DNA from: Desulfobulbus propionicus DSM 2032
GTDB lineage: Bacteria > Desulfobacterota > Desulfobulbia > Desulfobulbales > Desulfobulbaceae
NCBI RefSeq assembly: GCF_000186885.1
Contig: NC_014972.1
Location: 570,001-602,000 of the forward strand
Reading direction: 5' to 3'
Length of the DNA: 32,000 nt
Positions 8,810 to 17,873 of this stretch are shown piece after piece; position 1 is the first letter of the stretch, and each line of letters opens with the position of its first letter. The translations under genes and the position numbers were made by a program. Below the pieces are notes generated by a model, which saw only the letters and a program-made list of their open reading frames with translations, did no database searches and was not told where the DNA came from.

Positions 8810-10138
8810 TTAATTTGCCGTCATCAGCCCCGAGTACACGGCACTGAAGGCGGCAAAGGCCGGGCAATGCCGGCTGAAGCGCAGCTTCAATCGCCTGCTG
8901 GTGGTGAGCAGCCGTCCGGCCAGATACATCAGCTCTTGGATCACAGTTCTCAGCCGTCTGCGTTTGGCCGAATGCCTCACCGGTCCAAAGGGGGCGATCT
9001 GGCCCGTCTGCCCGATAAAGCGGAGGATATTGTAGGCAAAGGCGCCCAAAGCCATCACCAGGGCGTTGGTGGCAAACTTGCCGTTCGGCAGCCGTTCGAG
9101 ATCCAAGTCGGTCTTGAACTCGCTATGGAACTGCTCCGAGGTGGCATGCTGCCGATAGAGTTCGATCACATCTTCCGCAGCTGTCGTAAGGTCGGTCCAC
9201 CAGCCCTCAAGGGTGATCTCCGGAGCGAGGAGAAACTGACCTTTTTTATCGATGGTCCGCTCAGTCACCCTGACGATTCGTTTGAAGGTATAGGTTATTT
9301 CTTCGACCTTTTTGCGCTCTTCGACGATTAGGGCGCCGACCCGCTTCCCTTCTCTGGGAGTCTTGACCGGTCCCTCGGCAAACACCCTGTCGCGCCAGGC
9401 GATGACATCGCTTTCCCGGGGATTCCATTTGACGATGTAGTGGGTCTGCTCCGCGTCTTCCAGGGCGACCAAGGTCTCGAGGGCATCGTTGCCCGCGTCC
9501 GCGCGAACCCTGAGCGGCTGCTTGGTCAGATCCTTGGCGCCGGAAATCACCCGCTTGATGAAGTTGACAAACCCCTTCTGGCTATGCTGGCTGCCCGGCC
9601 GGAGTTCCCCCTCCAGGCACCAGCCCTCCATGCCGAGATAGGCAGCCATGGGAGCATAGCCATCGTAGTTCTTGTAGGTGCGGCTGACACCTTCCTTCTT
9701 GGTGTTGGAGTTATCCTGGGAAAAGACGTCCACATCCAGGGGGACCAGACCGCTCCGGTAGCCGGTGATCGGGGCTTTGAGCCGCTTGAGCATGGTTCGC
9801 GAACTTCGATTGACCACCGGGATCAGCTCAGTTCCGGCCTCGTCCAGTCGTTGCCGCAGCCGCTCGACCGAGGGCACCCGGCCGATACCCAGGGCCTGTT
9901 TGAAATAGTCGTCCTCTCGCATGGCGGCAATGGCCTGATAATCGCTCTTGCCCAGACACAACAGGCCCAGATAGCTGCGCAGGATATCGATCTCGGTAAT
10001 GTGATCGCTCCCCTTGGCCGCCCTGCCGACATACCGGCCAAGGTCACTGTACCGGTTGATGCAGGCGCCAGCCAAGGCCAGCCCGGAGTGGCTGGTGTAG
10101 AATTCTTCGCTGCTTTGCTCCAGGAGCATTCGTTTCAT
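8810..10138 (-). CDS. IS1380-family transposase (copy B)
   Basis: MKRMLLEQSSEEFYTSHSGLALAGACINRYSDLGRYVGRAAKGSDHITEIDILRSYLG...; full-length, clearly homologous to copy A with scattered substitutions. Confidence 0.92.
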   Translation of the reverse strand: MKRMLLEQSSEEFYTSHSGLALAGACINRYSDLGRYVGRAAKGSDHITEIDILRSYLGLLCLGKSDYQAIAAMREDDYFKQALGIGRVPSVERLRQRLDEAGTELIPVVNRSSRTMLKRLKAPITGYRSGLVPLDVDVFSQDNSNTKKEGVSRTYKNYDGYAPMAAYLGMEGWCLEGELRPGSQHSQKGFVNFIKRVISGAKDLTKQPLRVRADAGNDALETLVALEDAEQTHYIVKWNPRESDVIAWRDRVFAEGPVKTPREGKRVGALIVEERKKVEEITYTFKRIVRVTERTIDKKGQFLLAPEITLEGWWTDLTTAAEDVIELYRQHATSEQFHSEFKTDLDLERLPNGKFATNALVMALGAFAYNILRFIGQTGQIAPFGPVRHSAKRRRLRTVIQELMYLAGRLLTTSRRLKLRFSRHCPAFAAFSAVYSGLMTAN

Positions 10139-10296
10139 GTTTTCGCCTGCTGAGTGAGTTTTTCGAACAAGAGCATACTGCAATATTTTTATAAAAATTT
10201 CAATAATTTGATTTTAGAATCAGCTCTGTTTTATTGCTGATTTTTCACTGATTAAGGACTTATTGTTCCACCGCTTTTTCCTGGGAGGAATGTTCA

Positions 10297-10992
10297 CTAC
10301 AATGCAACTGTTCGATCGCACAACTTGGAGATCTGGCTTTCCGAATGAGAGACAAGCACCACGGTTTGTTCCGAATGAATCTTGCGCAACATTTCCTTTT
10401 CTGCCTTTTGCCGGAAGCCTTTATCCCCAACGCTCAGAACTTCATCCAGTAACAAAACATCTGGCGTCATGAACATGGCAACCGCAAAACCGAGCCGAGC
10501 CCGCATGCCCGTTGAGTAGGTACGGACTGGTTCGGTCATGAAATCACCGAGTTCGGAAAATTCAGTTATTGCTTCCAGGTTGCCCTCAACCTGGGATCGG
10601 GAATAACCGAGCAACATGCCGCTGAAGATGGCATTATCCCTGCCTGATAGGTTACCGTCAAACCCTACCTGCAAGGCCAGCAGAGACACTGTAACCCCAT
10701 GGTTAATGATCTCGCCCTCATCGGGCTCGATAATCCCTGCTAATACCCGTAGCAGGGTCGATTTGCCTGCTCCGTTACGACCAATGATACCGATTGTTTC
10801 CCCACGACGGATGTCTAAATCGATTCCGCGCAAGGCCTGGTAGTAGGTAACCTTTCGAAACAGGTTGCCTCGGCGTTTATAGCGTACCCCAACATTCCGT
10901 AGCGAAAGGATTATTTTGTCCGTTTTTGGGAGAGTAGGTTGATCGGTCATTGGCATCGTGTCTTGTTGTGTCGATTCTATTGGTGCACTCAT
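10297..10992 (-). CDS. wzt: Polysaccharide ABC transporter ATP-binding protein (Wzt/KpsT-like, short form)
   Basis: Walker A GRNGAGKST, signature YSTGMRARLGFAVA, Walker B PDVLLLDEVLSVGD. ATG at 10992 overlaps the permease stop (ATGA). Stops after ...SKLCDRTVAL, about 40 bp from IS1380 copy B. Confidence 0.87.
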   Translation of the reverse strand: MSAPIESTQQDTMPMTDQPTLPKTDKIILSLRNVGVRYKRRGNLFRKVTYYQALRGIDLDIRRGETIGIIGRNGAGKSTLLRVLAGIIEPDEGEIINHGVTVSLLALQVGFDGNLSGRDNAIFSGMLLGYSRSQVEGNLEAITEFSELGDFMTEPVRTYSTGMRARLGFAVAMFMTPDVLLLDEVLSVGDKGFRQKAEKEMLRKIHSEQTVVLVSHSESQISKLCDRTVAL

Positions 10993-12485
10993 TCGAGTAC
11001 CACTCTGGGGAAAGTCGATTTCAAGCGCCGATAACCCAGCAGTACGAAAACTAAGGCCAATGAAGCGCCTAGTGCGAGCCATCCCAGCAACTCCCAGGCC
11101 GGCCAACTTTGATGCACAAAAATCAATCGGTACTGGTGCAGGATATTGGCGACGGGATTTACCAAGAACAGTACTCGCCATGCTTCGGGTATACTTTCCA
11201 AAGGTATGAAGACTCCGCTGCAGAAGAGCAGAAATTGAATGGCCGTGGGGACCAGGTAGGCAACATCGCGGATAAAAGGAACAATCATCGCTACCAAACA
11301 GCTCGTTGCAACGATGAGTGTTAAATGAACAAAAAAAATGGGAAGAAAGCCTAACCAGTACACTGTTGGCGGAAGGTCGACCAAGATCAGGAATAGGGCA
11401 AGCATGATAAATACCAGCATCTGCTTACCCAGATTTTGGAAAATGGAAACCAGCGGAAAAAACAGGGGTGAGAGGCGCACCTGGTGCATCAAGCCTTTTC
11501 CGGCCACGATAGAGTTGGATGACTGTTGCACCGTTTTAGAAAACCATTGAAAGGGAACAAGTCCGGTTAATAGATAGGCCAGATAATTGTCGCCACCGCG
11601 GTGGAGGATCAGCCCAAAAAAAATGTAAAAAACGGTCATGTACAGCAAGGGGTCAATGAGCCACCAGAGATACCGCAGATAGTTTTGACTTGCTTCAGAC
11701 TTGAGGTTCATTTTGGCCTTGGTCAAAACCAAATCAACAAACGAGAAAAAGGAGGAGCGTGCCGGCGCCTTCATCTCCTCTGCCGGCAAAGGGTTCTGTT
11801 GGTGAAGCGATTCCAGCCATTGGTGGCCAAATTCTCGGGCCGCCTTTAGCTGTCTGGCCAATCGGTCGTCACCCAAGTGGTTGGCGGCCACGGCGGCACG
11901 TTCGTATCCGGTGGCTATTTTAGGGAATCGGACCCGCACCTCTGCCCAACGCTTAAGGGCCAGGGGCCAATCTTCAGCCGCCATGGCCAGTTCCGCATAC
12001 TGTTCCCACGCTTGCGGTTCTTCTGGAAACAGGGTGCGGGCCTGGGCATTGAGCGCGAGGGCTTCCTCCATCTTCCCACAATATTGAGCAGCTTGGGCTG
12101 AAGCGTGCAGCACTTGAAGGTTACGTTGAAACATATCCCGGGCTGCGCGCGCAAGCTGATCTGCCTGCTCCATCTTCCCACAGATCAAGGCATGGCGAAT
12201 TTGGGCTGCCGCCACGCCCGCGTGCCGCGGAAATTGTTCCATGGCGGTCCGCAGCAATGATTCAGCGGTATCGTGGTTACCGCATTTCTGATGGCAGATT
12301 GCCGCTTCCACCCATGCTTGCGCTTCTTGGGGATAGACTTGTCGCAATATTGCCCAACGCTGCCCCGCGATATTCCATTGCTGCTCATTCATCGCCGTGC
12401 GCGGCCACTGCGCGGCAACGCTAAATGGCGGCAGTCCGTTCTGTTTTGTTTTTATTTCCATGCCTGGTGGCGTATCCGTGACCAT
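10989..12485 (-). CDS. wzm: ABC-2 type polysaccharide export permease (Wzm-like) with N-terminal TPR-rich domain
   Basis: C-terminal half: YLRYLWWLIDPLLYMTVFYIFFGLILHRGGDNYLAYLLTGLVPFQWFSKTVQQSSNSIVAGKGLMHQVRLSPLFFPLV... typical of ABC-2 permeases. N-terminal about 230 aa has TPR-like helical repeats (FPEEPQAWEQYAELAMAAEDWPLALKRWAEVRVRFP). Single uninterrupted frame. Confidence 0.87.
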   Translation of the reverse strand: MVTDTPPGMEIKTKQNGLPPFSVAAQWPRTAMNEQQWNIAGQRWAILRQVYPQEAQAWVEAAICHQKCGNHDTAESLLRTAMEQFPRHAGVAAAQIRHALICGKMEQADQLARAARDMFQRNLQVLHASAQAAQYCGKMEEALALNAQARTLFPEEPQAWEQYAELAMAAEDWPLALKRWAEVRVRFPKIATGYERAAVAANHLGDDRLARQLKAAREFGHQWLESLHQQNPLPAEEMKAPARSSFFSFVDLVLTKAKMNLKSEASQNYLRYLWWLIDPLLYMTVFYIFFGLILHRGGDNYLAYLLTGLVPFQWFSKTVQQSSNSIVAGKGLMHQVRLSPLFFPLVSIFQNLGKQMLVFIMLALFLILVDLPPTVYWLGFLPIFFVHLTLIVATSCLVAMIVPFIRDVAYLVPTAIQFLLFCSGVFIPLESIPEAWRVLFLVNPVANILHQYRLIFVHQSWPAWELLGWLALGASLALVFVLLGYRRLKSTFPRVVLE

Positions 12486-12708
12486 CGCTTCTCTTTACCA
12501 ACTTTTCCGCATCAAGGCAATAAGCCTGCCTCGGCAATTCCTCACCCCGGATTCGTGTGGTCGAGGAACGGATGGTTACAGTCTGCCGAAATGAGGGTAG
12601 ATTTTTTGATTGTAAAGGCTTCGTGCTTTCGTTCGTGTTCCTTGTTCATCGATACCAGGCTGCAATGAAGCCAATCGTCAAACCGGCTGGCAGAGGGTAT
12701 CCTCCCAT

Positions 12709-13260
12709 TCATGCGAAAACTTCCGCAGCCGTGAACAAAGGTGCCGTGCAATCCTTCTCGGAAAGTTGTGGCGTGTCATGCAAGGGCCAGGTTATTGCCA
12801 GATCGGGATCATTCCAACGAATTCCCCGGTCGTATTGCGGTTGGTAATATTCAGTCGTTTTATACAGAAATTCGGCCGTCTCCGACAGGACAACAAAGCC
12901 ATGGGCAAATCCGGGGGGAATCCAAAACTGTCGTTTGTTGTCCGCGGAAAGATGGAGGCCTACCCAACGACCAAAGGTGGGTGATTGTTTGCGGATGTCA
13001 ACCGCGACATCGAAAACCTCACCGACCACACACCGAACAAGTTTTCCTTGAGCGGCTGGAGGCAGTTGATAATGGAGACCACGCAACACTCCTCTGGTTG
13101 ACCGGGAATGGTTATCCTGAACAAAATTGACCGTGAGACCGGTCAGTTGACGGAAAACGCGTTCATTGTAACTTTCATAAAAAAAGCCGCGTTCATCGCC
13201 AAAAATCTTTGGTTCGATGATCAGAAGATCCGCTATGGCTGTGGTGGTCACGTTGATCAT
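12709..13260 (-). CDS. rfbC: dTDP-4-dehydrorhamnose 3,5-epimerase
   Basis: [26 protein letters not shown]...[23 protein letters not shown]...[35 protein letters not shown]: canonical RmlC. Confidence 0.96.
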   Translation of the reverse strand: MINVTTTAIADLLIIEPKIFGDERGFFYESYNERVFRQLTGLTVNFVQDNHSRSTRGVLRGLHYQLPPAAQGKLVRCVVGEVFDVAVDIRKQSPTFGRWVGLHLSADNKRQFWIPPGFAHGFVVLSETAEFLYKTTEYYQPQYDRGIRWNDPDLAITWPLHDTPQLSEKDCTAPLFTAAEVFA

Positions 13261-14135
13261 AAAATCTTTTTTTTCAGGATGGCCAGCAGGTATTGGCCAT
13301 AGCCATTTTTTGCAAGCGGCTGGGCAAGCGCGGCAAGCTGCTCGGCGTTGATCCAGCCCAAACGATAGGCTATCTCTTCTGGACAGGATATTTTCAATCC
13401 TTGCCGTTTCTCAATGGTTTGAATGAATTGGCTTGCCTCAAGCATGGATTCGTGGGTGCCCATGTCGAGCCATGCATAGCCGCGGCCCATGATCTCGACG
13501 CGCAATATATTGTTTTCGAGATAGGTTTTGTTGATGTCGGTGATTTCCAGTTCACCGCGAGCCGACGGTTTGATGCTTTTCGCGATGTCAATGACTTGAT
13601 TGTCATAAAAATACAATCCAGTGACCGCGTAATTGGACTTGGATTGTTTCGGCTTTTCCTCCAGGGTGATGGCTGTTCCTCGTTCATCGAAGGAAACCAC
13701 CCCATACCGCCTGGGATCCTGTACGCGGTAGACAAAAACGGTTGCCCCGCTGTTCTGGGCGCTGGCGTTGGCCAGCAGTTTATGAAATTCGTGACCGTAA
13801 AAAATATTGTCGCCAAGGACCAAGGCGACCTTATCCTGACCAATAAATCGTTCCCCAATGAGAAAGGCTTGGGCCAAGCCATCGGGACTGGGCTGAATCG
13901 CGTAGTCGAGGTGAATGCCCCATCGGGTACCGTCGCCCAGCAGTTGGGCAAATCTCGGCGTATCCTGTGGTGTGGAGATGATCAGGATATCCCGGATGCC
14001 CGCCAGCATGAGCGTGGAGAGGGGATAGTAAATCATCGGTTTGTCGAAAATCGGCAACAACTGTTTCGAGACAGCCAGCGTGGCTGGATACAGCCGGGTA
14101 CCGGCGCCGCCGGCAAGAATAATGCCTTTACGCAT
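13257..14135 (-). CDS. rfbA: Glucose-1-phosphate thymidylyltransferase
   Basis: [56 protein letters not shown]... canonical RmlA. The 14630 start in the ORF track is an in-frame upstream extension. Confidence 0.96.
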   Translation of the reverse strand: MRKGIILAGGAGTRLYPATLAVSKQLLPIFDKPMIYYPLSTLMLAGIRDILIISTPQDTPRFAQLLGDGTRWGIHLDYAIQPSPDGLAQAFLIGERFIGQDKVALVLGDNIFYGHEFHKLLANASAQNSGATVFVYRVQDPRRYGVVSFDERGTAITLEEKPKQSKSNYAVTGLYFYDNQVIDIAKSIKPSARGELEITDINKTYLENNILRVEIMGRGYAWLDMGTHESMLEASQFIQTIEKRQGLKISCPEEIAYRLGWINAEQLAALAQPLAKNGYGQYLLAILKKKIL

Positions 14136-14146
14136 GATTGATTTGG

Positions 14147-15034
14147 TCAGAGAATTTGCTGCAAAACATGGGAGAGCCCATCCTGCCAGGGGGGCAAGTG
14201 CAGGCTGAAGGTGTCGCGCAACTTGTCGGTGGCCAGTCGAGAATTGGCTGGACGGCGGGCAGGAAGGGGGTATTGGGCGGTGGTGATCGGACGGATGGAT
14301 TGCGGTGTCAATTTCAGGCCCATGCCCGCGCGGAGGCTGGCAGCAACCACTGTCTGGGCAAATTCGTGCCAAGTGGTGACCCCGGCGGCGGCGAGGTGAT
14401 ACAGGCCGAAGGGAAAGTGCTTTTCTTCCGTCCGCTGGTACTGGCCGATCACCTGTGCGGTGATATCGGCGATCAGGGATGCCGATGTTGGGGCGCCGAA
14501 CTGATCGGCTACCACGTTGAGTGTTTCCCGTTCCCCGGCAAGCTTGAGCATTGTTTTGACAAAGTTGGCTCCATGGGCGCCGAATACCCAACAGGTGCGA
14601 AAGATCAGATGCTTGTTTGTTTTTTGGCAAAGGGATTTTGTGCCAGCCAGCTTGCTTGCACCGTAGACATTCCGTGGGTTGGGCGGGTCGTTTTCGGTAT
14701 GGAACCCTTGCTTGGTGCCGTCATGGACGTAATCGGTGCAGTAATGCACGACTAGGGCGCCGATTCGCGCCGCCTCTTCTCCCAGGATGCCCGGAGCTGT
14801 TCCATTGATGGCCATGGCCAAGTCCGATTCCGCTTCTGCCCGATCAACAGCGGTATATGCGGCCGGGTGGACGATGATGTCCGGTTGAATCGACCGCACC
14901 AGGGAACGGATGGCCTGTTGGTCCGTGAGATCGCAGTCGGTCTGATCCACCGCCGTAAGTGTTCCCAGCGGTGCCAAGGCCCGTTGCAGTTCAAATCCCA
15001 CTTGGCCGTTTTTCCCTGTTAATAGTATGCGCAT
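14147..15034 (-). CDS. rfbD: dTDP-4-dehydrorhamnose reductase
   Basis: [26 protein letters not shown]...[15 protein letters not shown]...[31 protein letters not shown]: RmlD/SDR signatures. Confidence 0.96.
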   Translation of the reverse strand: MRILLTGKNGQVGFELQRALAPLGTLTAVDQTDCDLTDQQAIRSLVRSIQPDIIVHPAAYTAVDRAEAESDLAMAINGTAPGILGEEAARIGALVVHYCTDYVHDGTKQGFHTENDPPNPRNVYGASKLAGTKSLCQKTNKHLIFRTCWVFGAHGANFVKTMLKLAGERETLNVVADQFGAPTSASLIADITAQVIGQYQRTEEKHFPFGLYHLAAAGVTTWHEFAQTVVAASLRAGMGLKLTPQSIRPITTAQYPLPARRPANSRLATDKLRDTFSLHLPPWQDGLSHVLQQIL

Positions 15035-15037
15035 AGC

Positions 15038-16099
15038 TTATGCTCCGTATTGCCGAGTGACCCAATCACGATAGGCACCGCTGGTGACATTTTGAACCCA
15101 ATCCTGATTGTTCAAATACCACTTCACGGTTTTGCGGATACCGCTTGTAAAGGTTTCGGAAGGCCTCCACTTGAGTTCTCGTTCGATCTTGCTGGCGTTG
15201 ATGGCGTAGCGGCGGTCATGGCCAGGACGATCGGGGACAAAAATAATTTGTTGGCGGTAGCGTTTTCCTTCTGCCAACGGACGAAGTTCGTCGAGTATGG
15301 AACAAAGGGTATGGACCACCTCAAGATTGGATTTTTCGTTCCGGCCGCCAATATTGTACACTTCGCCCGGTCGGCCTTCTGCCAGCACAAGGCGGAGTGC
15401 CGCGCAGTGATCCATGACATAGAGCCAGTCCCGGATTTGTCGACCATCTCCATACAGAGGGAGCGGTTTTCCGGCCAGTGCGTTGTGAATGCACAGGGGA
15501 ATCAATTTTTCGGGGAATTGATAGGGACCATAGTTATTGGAACAGTTGGTGGTCAATACCGGAAGACCGTAGGTGTGGTGGTAGGCGCGGAGCAAGTGGT
15601 CGCTGGCGGCCTTGCTGGCGGAGTATGGGCTGTTGGGCGCATATTGACTCTGTTCGTTGAAAGCGGCTGCATCGGGGGATAATGTGCCGAAAACTTCATC
15701 GGTGGAGATGTGGAGGAAGCGAAAGTTTTCTCGAGCTTCTTCGCTGAGGTTGTTCCAATAGGCCCTCGTCGCTTCAAGCAAACGGAAGGTTCCGACGATG
15801 TTGGTCTGAATAAAGTCTTCCGGTCCATGAATACTGCGGTCGACATGCGATTCGGCGGCGAAATTGATGATGGCCCGTGGCCGATGTTGACTGAGCAAAT
15901 GGGCGATGTGGTCAAACTCGCCGATATCGCTCTTGATAAAAAAATACCGGGAATCGTTCGCGATCGAAGCCAGGTTCTCCAGGTTGCCGGCGTAGGTCAA
16001 GGTGTCCAGGTTGATAACCGTTTCGTCACTGTGGCGCAGCCATTCGAGAATAAAATTGCTTCCTATGAAACCGGCACCACCGGTAACGAATATAGCCAT
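15038..16099 (-). CDS. rfbB: dTDP-glucose 4,6-dehydratase
   Basis: [21 protein letters not shown]...[14 protein letters not shown]...[11 protein letters not shown]...HISTDEVFG...[44 protein letters not shown]. Confidence 0.97.
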   Translation of the reverse strand: MAIFVTGGAGFIGSNFILEWLRHSDETVINLDTLTYAGNLENLASIANDSRYFFIKSDIGEFDHIAHLLSQHRPRAIINFAAESHVDRSIHGPEDFIQTNIVGTFRLLEATRAYWNNLSEEARENFRFLHISTDEVFGTLSPDAAAFNEQSQYAPNSPYSASKAASDHLLRAYHHTYGLPVLTTNCSNNYGPYQFPEKLIPLCIHNALAGKPLPLYGDGRQIRDWLYVMDHCAALRLVLAEGRPGEVYNIGGRNEKSNLEVVHTLCSILDELRPLAEGKRYRQQIIFVPDRPGHDRRYAINASKIERELKWRPSETFTSGIRKTVKWYLNNQDWVQNVTSGAYRDWVTRQYGA

Positions 16100-16310
16100 A
16101 TAGGGAAAAATACTGTGTTAGCGTTGCGGCGAGAAAAATCGACCTAGTTTGACATTCCAAAAAAAATTATTCTATCTCCAGCTCATCGAAAGAACAATGA
16201 AAAATATGCTCCTAAAACCGAGCTGAACCGGATGGGGGGGAGGAGGCGATGTCGAATGTCATCTGATCGTTCATTGGCAGATATGAGTTAGCTTGACACA
16301 AAACCAGCCG

Positions 16311-17654
16311 TTACCGAATCAGGAAAGGGAGATAGCCGATGCTCTTGCCAAATTTTTTTTTAATATATAGTAACGTTGCGGTATTCCAGTAAATTATGCT
16401 GATCATCGCTGAGATGGCTGCGCCAATAATGCCAAACGGACGGATGAGAACGGCGTTAAGAGTGATGGTCAGAATGACAGCCCCCAGCATAATATTCCGT
16501 AAAGCAAGATGGTTGCCTGTCATGTTCATGAAATACCCAGTGGACCCGGAGATGGAATGAACAAACTGACCAATGATCAAAAAAATCATGGCACCATAGG
16601 CGGATGCGAATTCGGTTCCATAAACCAATGTTATGAGAGGATATCCGCATGCGAGCAGGCCAACCAGGATCGGTGTGGTGACCCAGAAAATCAACTGTGA
16701 GGATTTTTTGGCTACGTAGAATAATTCTTCCATGCGGTTGCCGTGAAAAAGTTCCGAAAATTTAGGAGCGGCCATGCTGTTGATGGCATTCAGGGCAAAC
16801 GACGTCAAAGTGGCCAGTTTGACGGCAATGTCGTAGTGACCAACCTCTGCCTCGGTTCGAAACATGCCGAGCATGATGACGCCTGTCTGACCGATTAAAA
16901 AGGTCATCGCCGATGTCATCAGCATGGGGAGGGAAAGGGCGAGTAACTCCCTGATGGATAGAACCTGCACCCGGTCAGTACTGGTCATTCTCTCTTTGAA
17001 TGCCGCATTCATGACAAAAAAACCTGTCAAGGCCGAGATTAGGAGTGCGGCGAGAAGTGCGTAAACCGGTGCTTCAGGGGGGAAATAAAAAAAAGTGAGC
17101 AAAAGTAGAATAACAAGCTTTGTAAAAGAAGGGAGGACCTGCATGATCGCAAAGGTTCGGATCATGCGTAATCCGCGTACGGACTGTGTGTTCAGTTGAG
17201 TGATTGCGGAGAAAAGGATGAAAAGAGCCGCCAGGGCAAAAAAAGAGGAGAGTTGCGGTTTGGCAAATATTTTGACGGCAATGCTCTCAGAAAAAAAATA
17301 CAGGATGCCCCCGACGGCGATGGATAGCACCAACACAAGAGACTGCGTGGTGCAATATATTTTATAGGCTGAAGTGGCGGAATATTTCGCGAGATGTTCC
17401 GGGATGAGACGTAGAATCGCATTATGCGTGCCAAGCACAGTGAAAATGGTGGTCAATGAAAGAAAAGACTGGATCACGGCAACCACCCCCAGCATGTCCG
17501 CCCCATAAAGACGTGCTACCACTATGCTTGTGATGAAGGTAAGAGCGGTGGCGATCACGCGCGCCCCTAAAGCCCACGCTGACCCCTTGAAAATTTCCTC
17601 GAACTTTCTATCCGCTACAAATTGACGATACTTCTGTTGAACAAATTGGATCAC
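16311..17654 (-). CDS. Wzx-like oligosaccharide flippase / polysaccharide biosynthesis protein (MATE/MOP superfamily)
   Basis: KGSAWALGARVIATALTFITSIVVARLYGADMLGVVAVIQSFLSLTTIFTVLGTHNAILRLIPEHL..., about 12 TM pattern typical of MOP-superfamily flippases. Confidence 0.88.
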   Translation of the reverse strand: MIQFVQQKYRQFVADRKFEEIFKGSAWALGARVIATALTFITSIVVARLYGADMLGVVAVIQSFLSLTTIFTVLGTHNAILRLIPEHLAKYSATSAYKIYCTTQSLVLVLSIAVGGILYFFSESIAVKIFAKPQLSSFFALAALFILFSAITQLNTQSVRGLRMIRTFAIMQVLPSFTKLVILLLLTFFYFPPEAPVYALLAALLISALTGFFVMNAAFKERMTSTDRVQVLSIRELLALSLPMLMTSAMTFLIGQTGVIMLGMFRTEAEVGHYDIAVKLATLTSFALNAINSMAAPKFSELFHGNRMEELFYVAKKSSQLIFWVTTPILVGLLACGYPLITLVYGTEFASAYGAMIFLIIGQFVHSISGSTGYFMNMTGNHLALRNIMLGAVILTITLNAVLIRPFGIIGAAISAMISIIYWNTATLLYIKKKFGKSIGYLPFLIR

Positions 17655-17873
17655 GGGTATGAGATTGGATTTTTTTGTATTTTTTTATTATTGCAATAAT
17701 TTCTTTTGCATCGTCTGGGCTGCAAAAGAAAGGCCGTATATACCATACCGCGAATGGATGGTCAGGGTATTCGCTCACAGCATGCTGTAGATGATGAAAG
17801 AGAAAAGTGGCCGGACGGGAAAATGTTGTTCGTTGATCAGGACAAGAAAGTTCTTTGATCAAAGCGCTCCGCT

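Larger units (their letters stand above)
8617..10257 (-). mobile_element. IS1380-family insertion sequence, copy B (inverted relative to copy A)
   Basis: Ends CCTGAATCCGTGACGCC... at 8617 and ...TTTTTCACTGATTAAGG at 10257 (reverse complement CCTTAATCAGTGAAAAA). Candidate target duplication CTTAT at 8612-8616 and 10259-10263, with a 1-nt offset. Confidence 0.85.

Noticed and set aside
5817-10263. Composite transposon IS1380-A / acyltransferase / IS1380-B
   Set aside because: Outer flanks do not match each other, while each copy has its own candidate duplication. The copies are also visibly diverged, so independent insertion is more economical, though not proven.
12486-12708. Small ORFs in the wzm-rfbC intergenic region (e.g. 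12542..12751 -)
   Set aside because: No homology-like features and overlap with the rfbC 3' end. Likely non-coding.
13293-14141. 282-aa plus-strand ORF opposite rfbA (and 28311..29183 + opposite cydA, 22xxx-type others)
   Set aside because: Antisense shadow ORFs of strongly supported canonical genes.
17608-17862. 84-aa minus-strand ORF between the CapD-like gene and the flippase
   Set aside because: Overlaps the flippase 5' end, has no recognisable domain or convincing ribosome-binding site, and has an irregular composition. Probably spurious.
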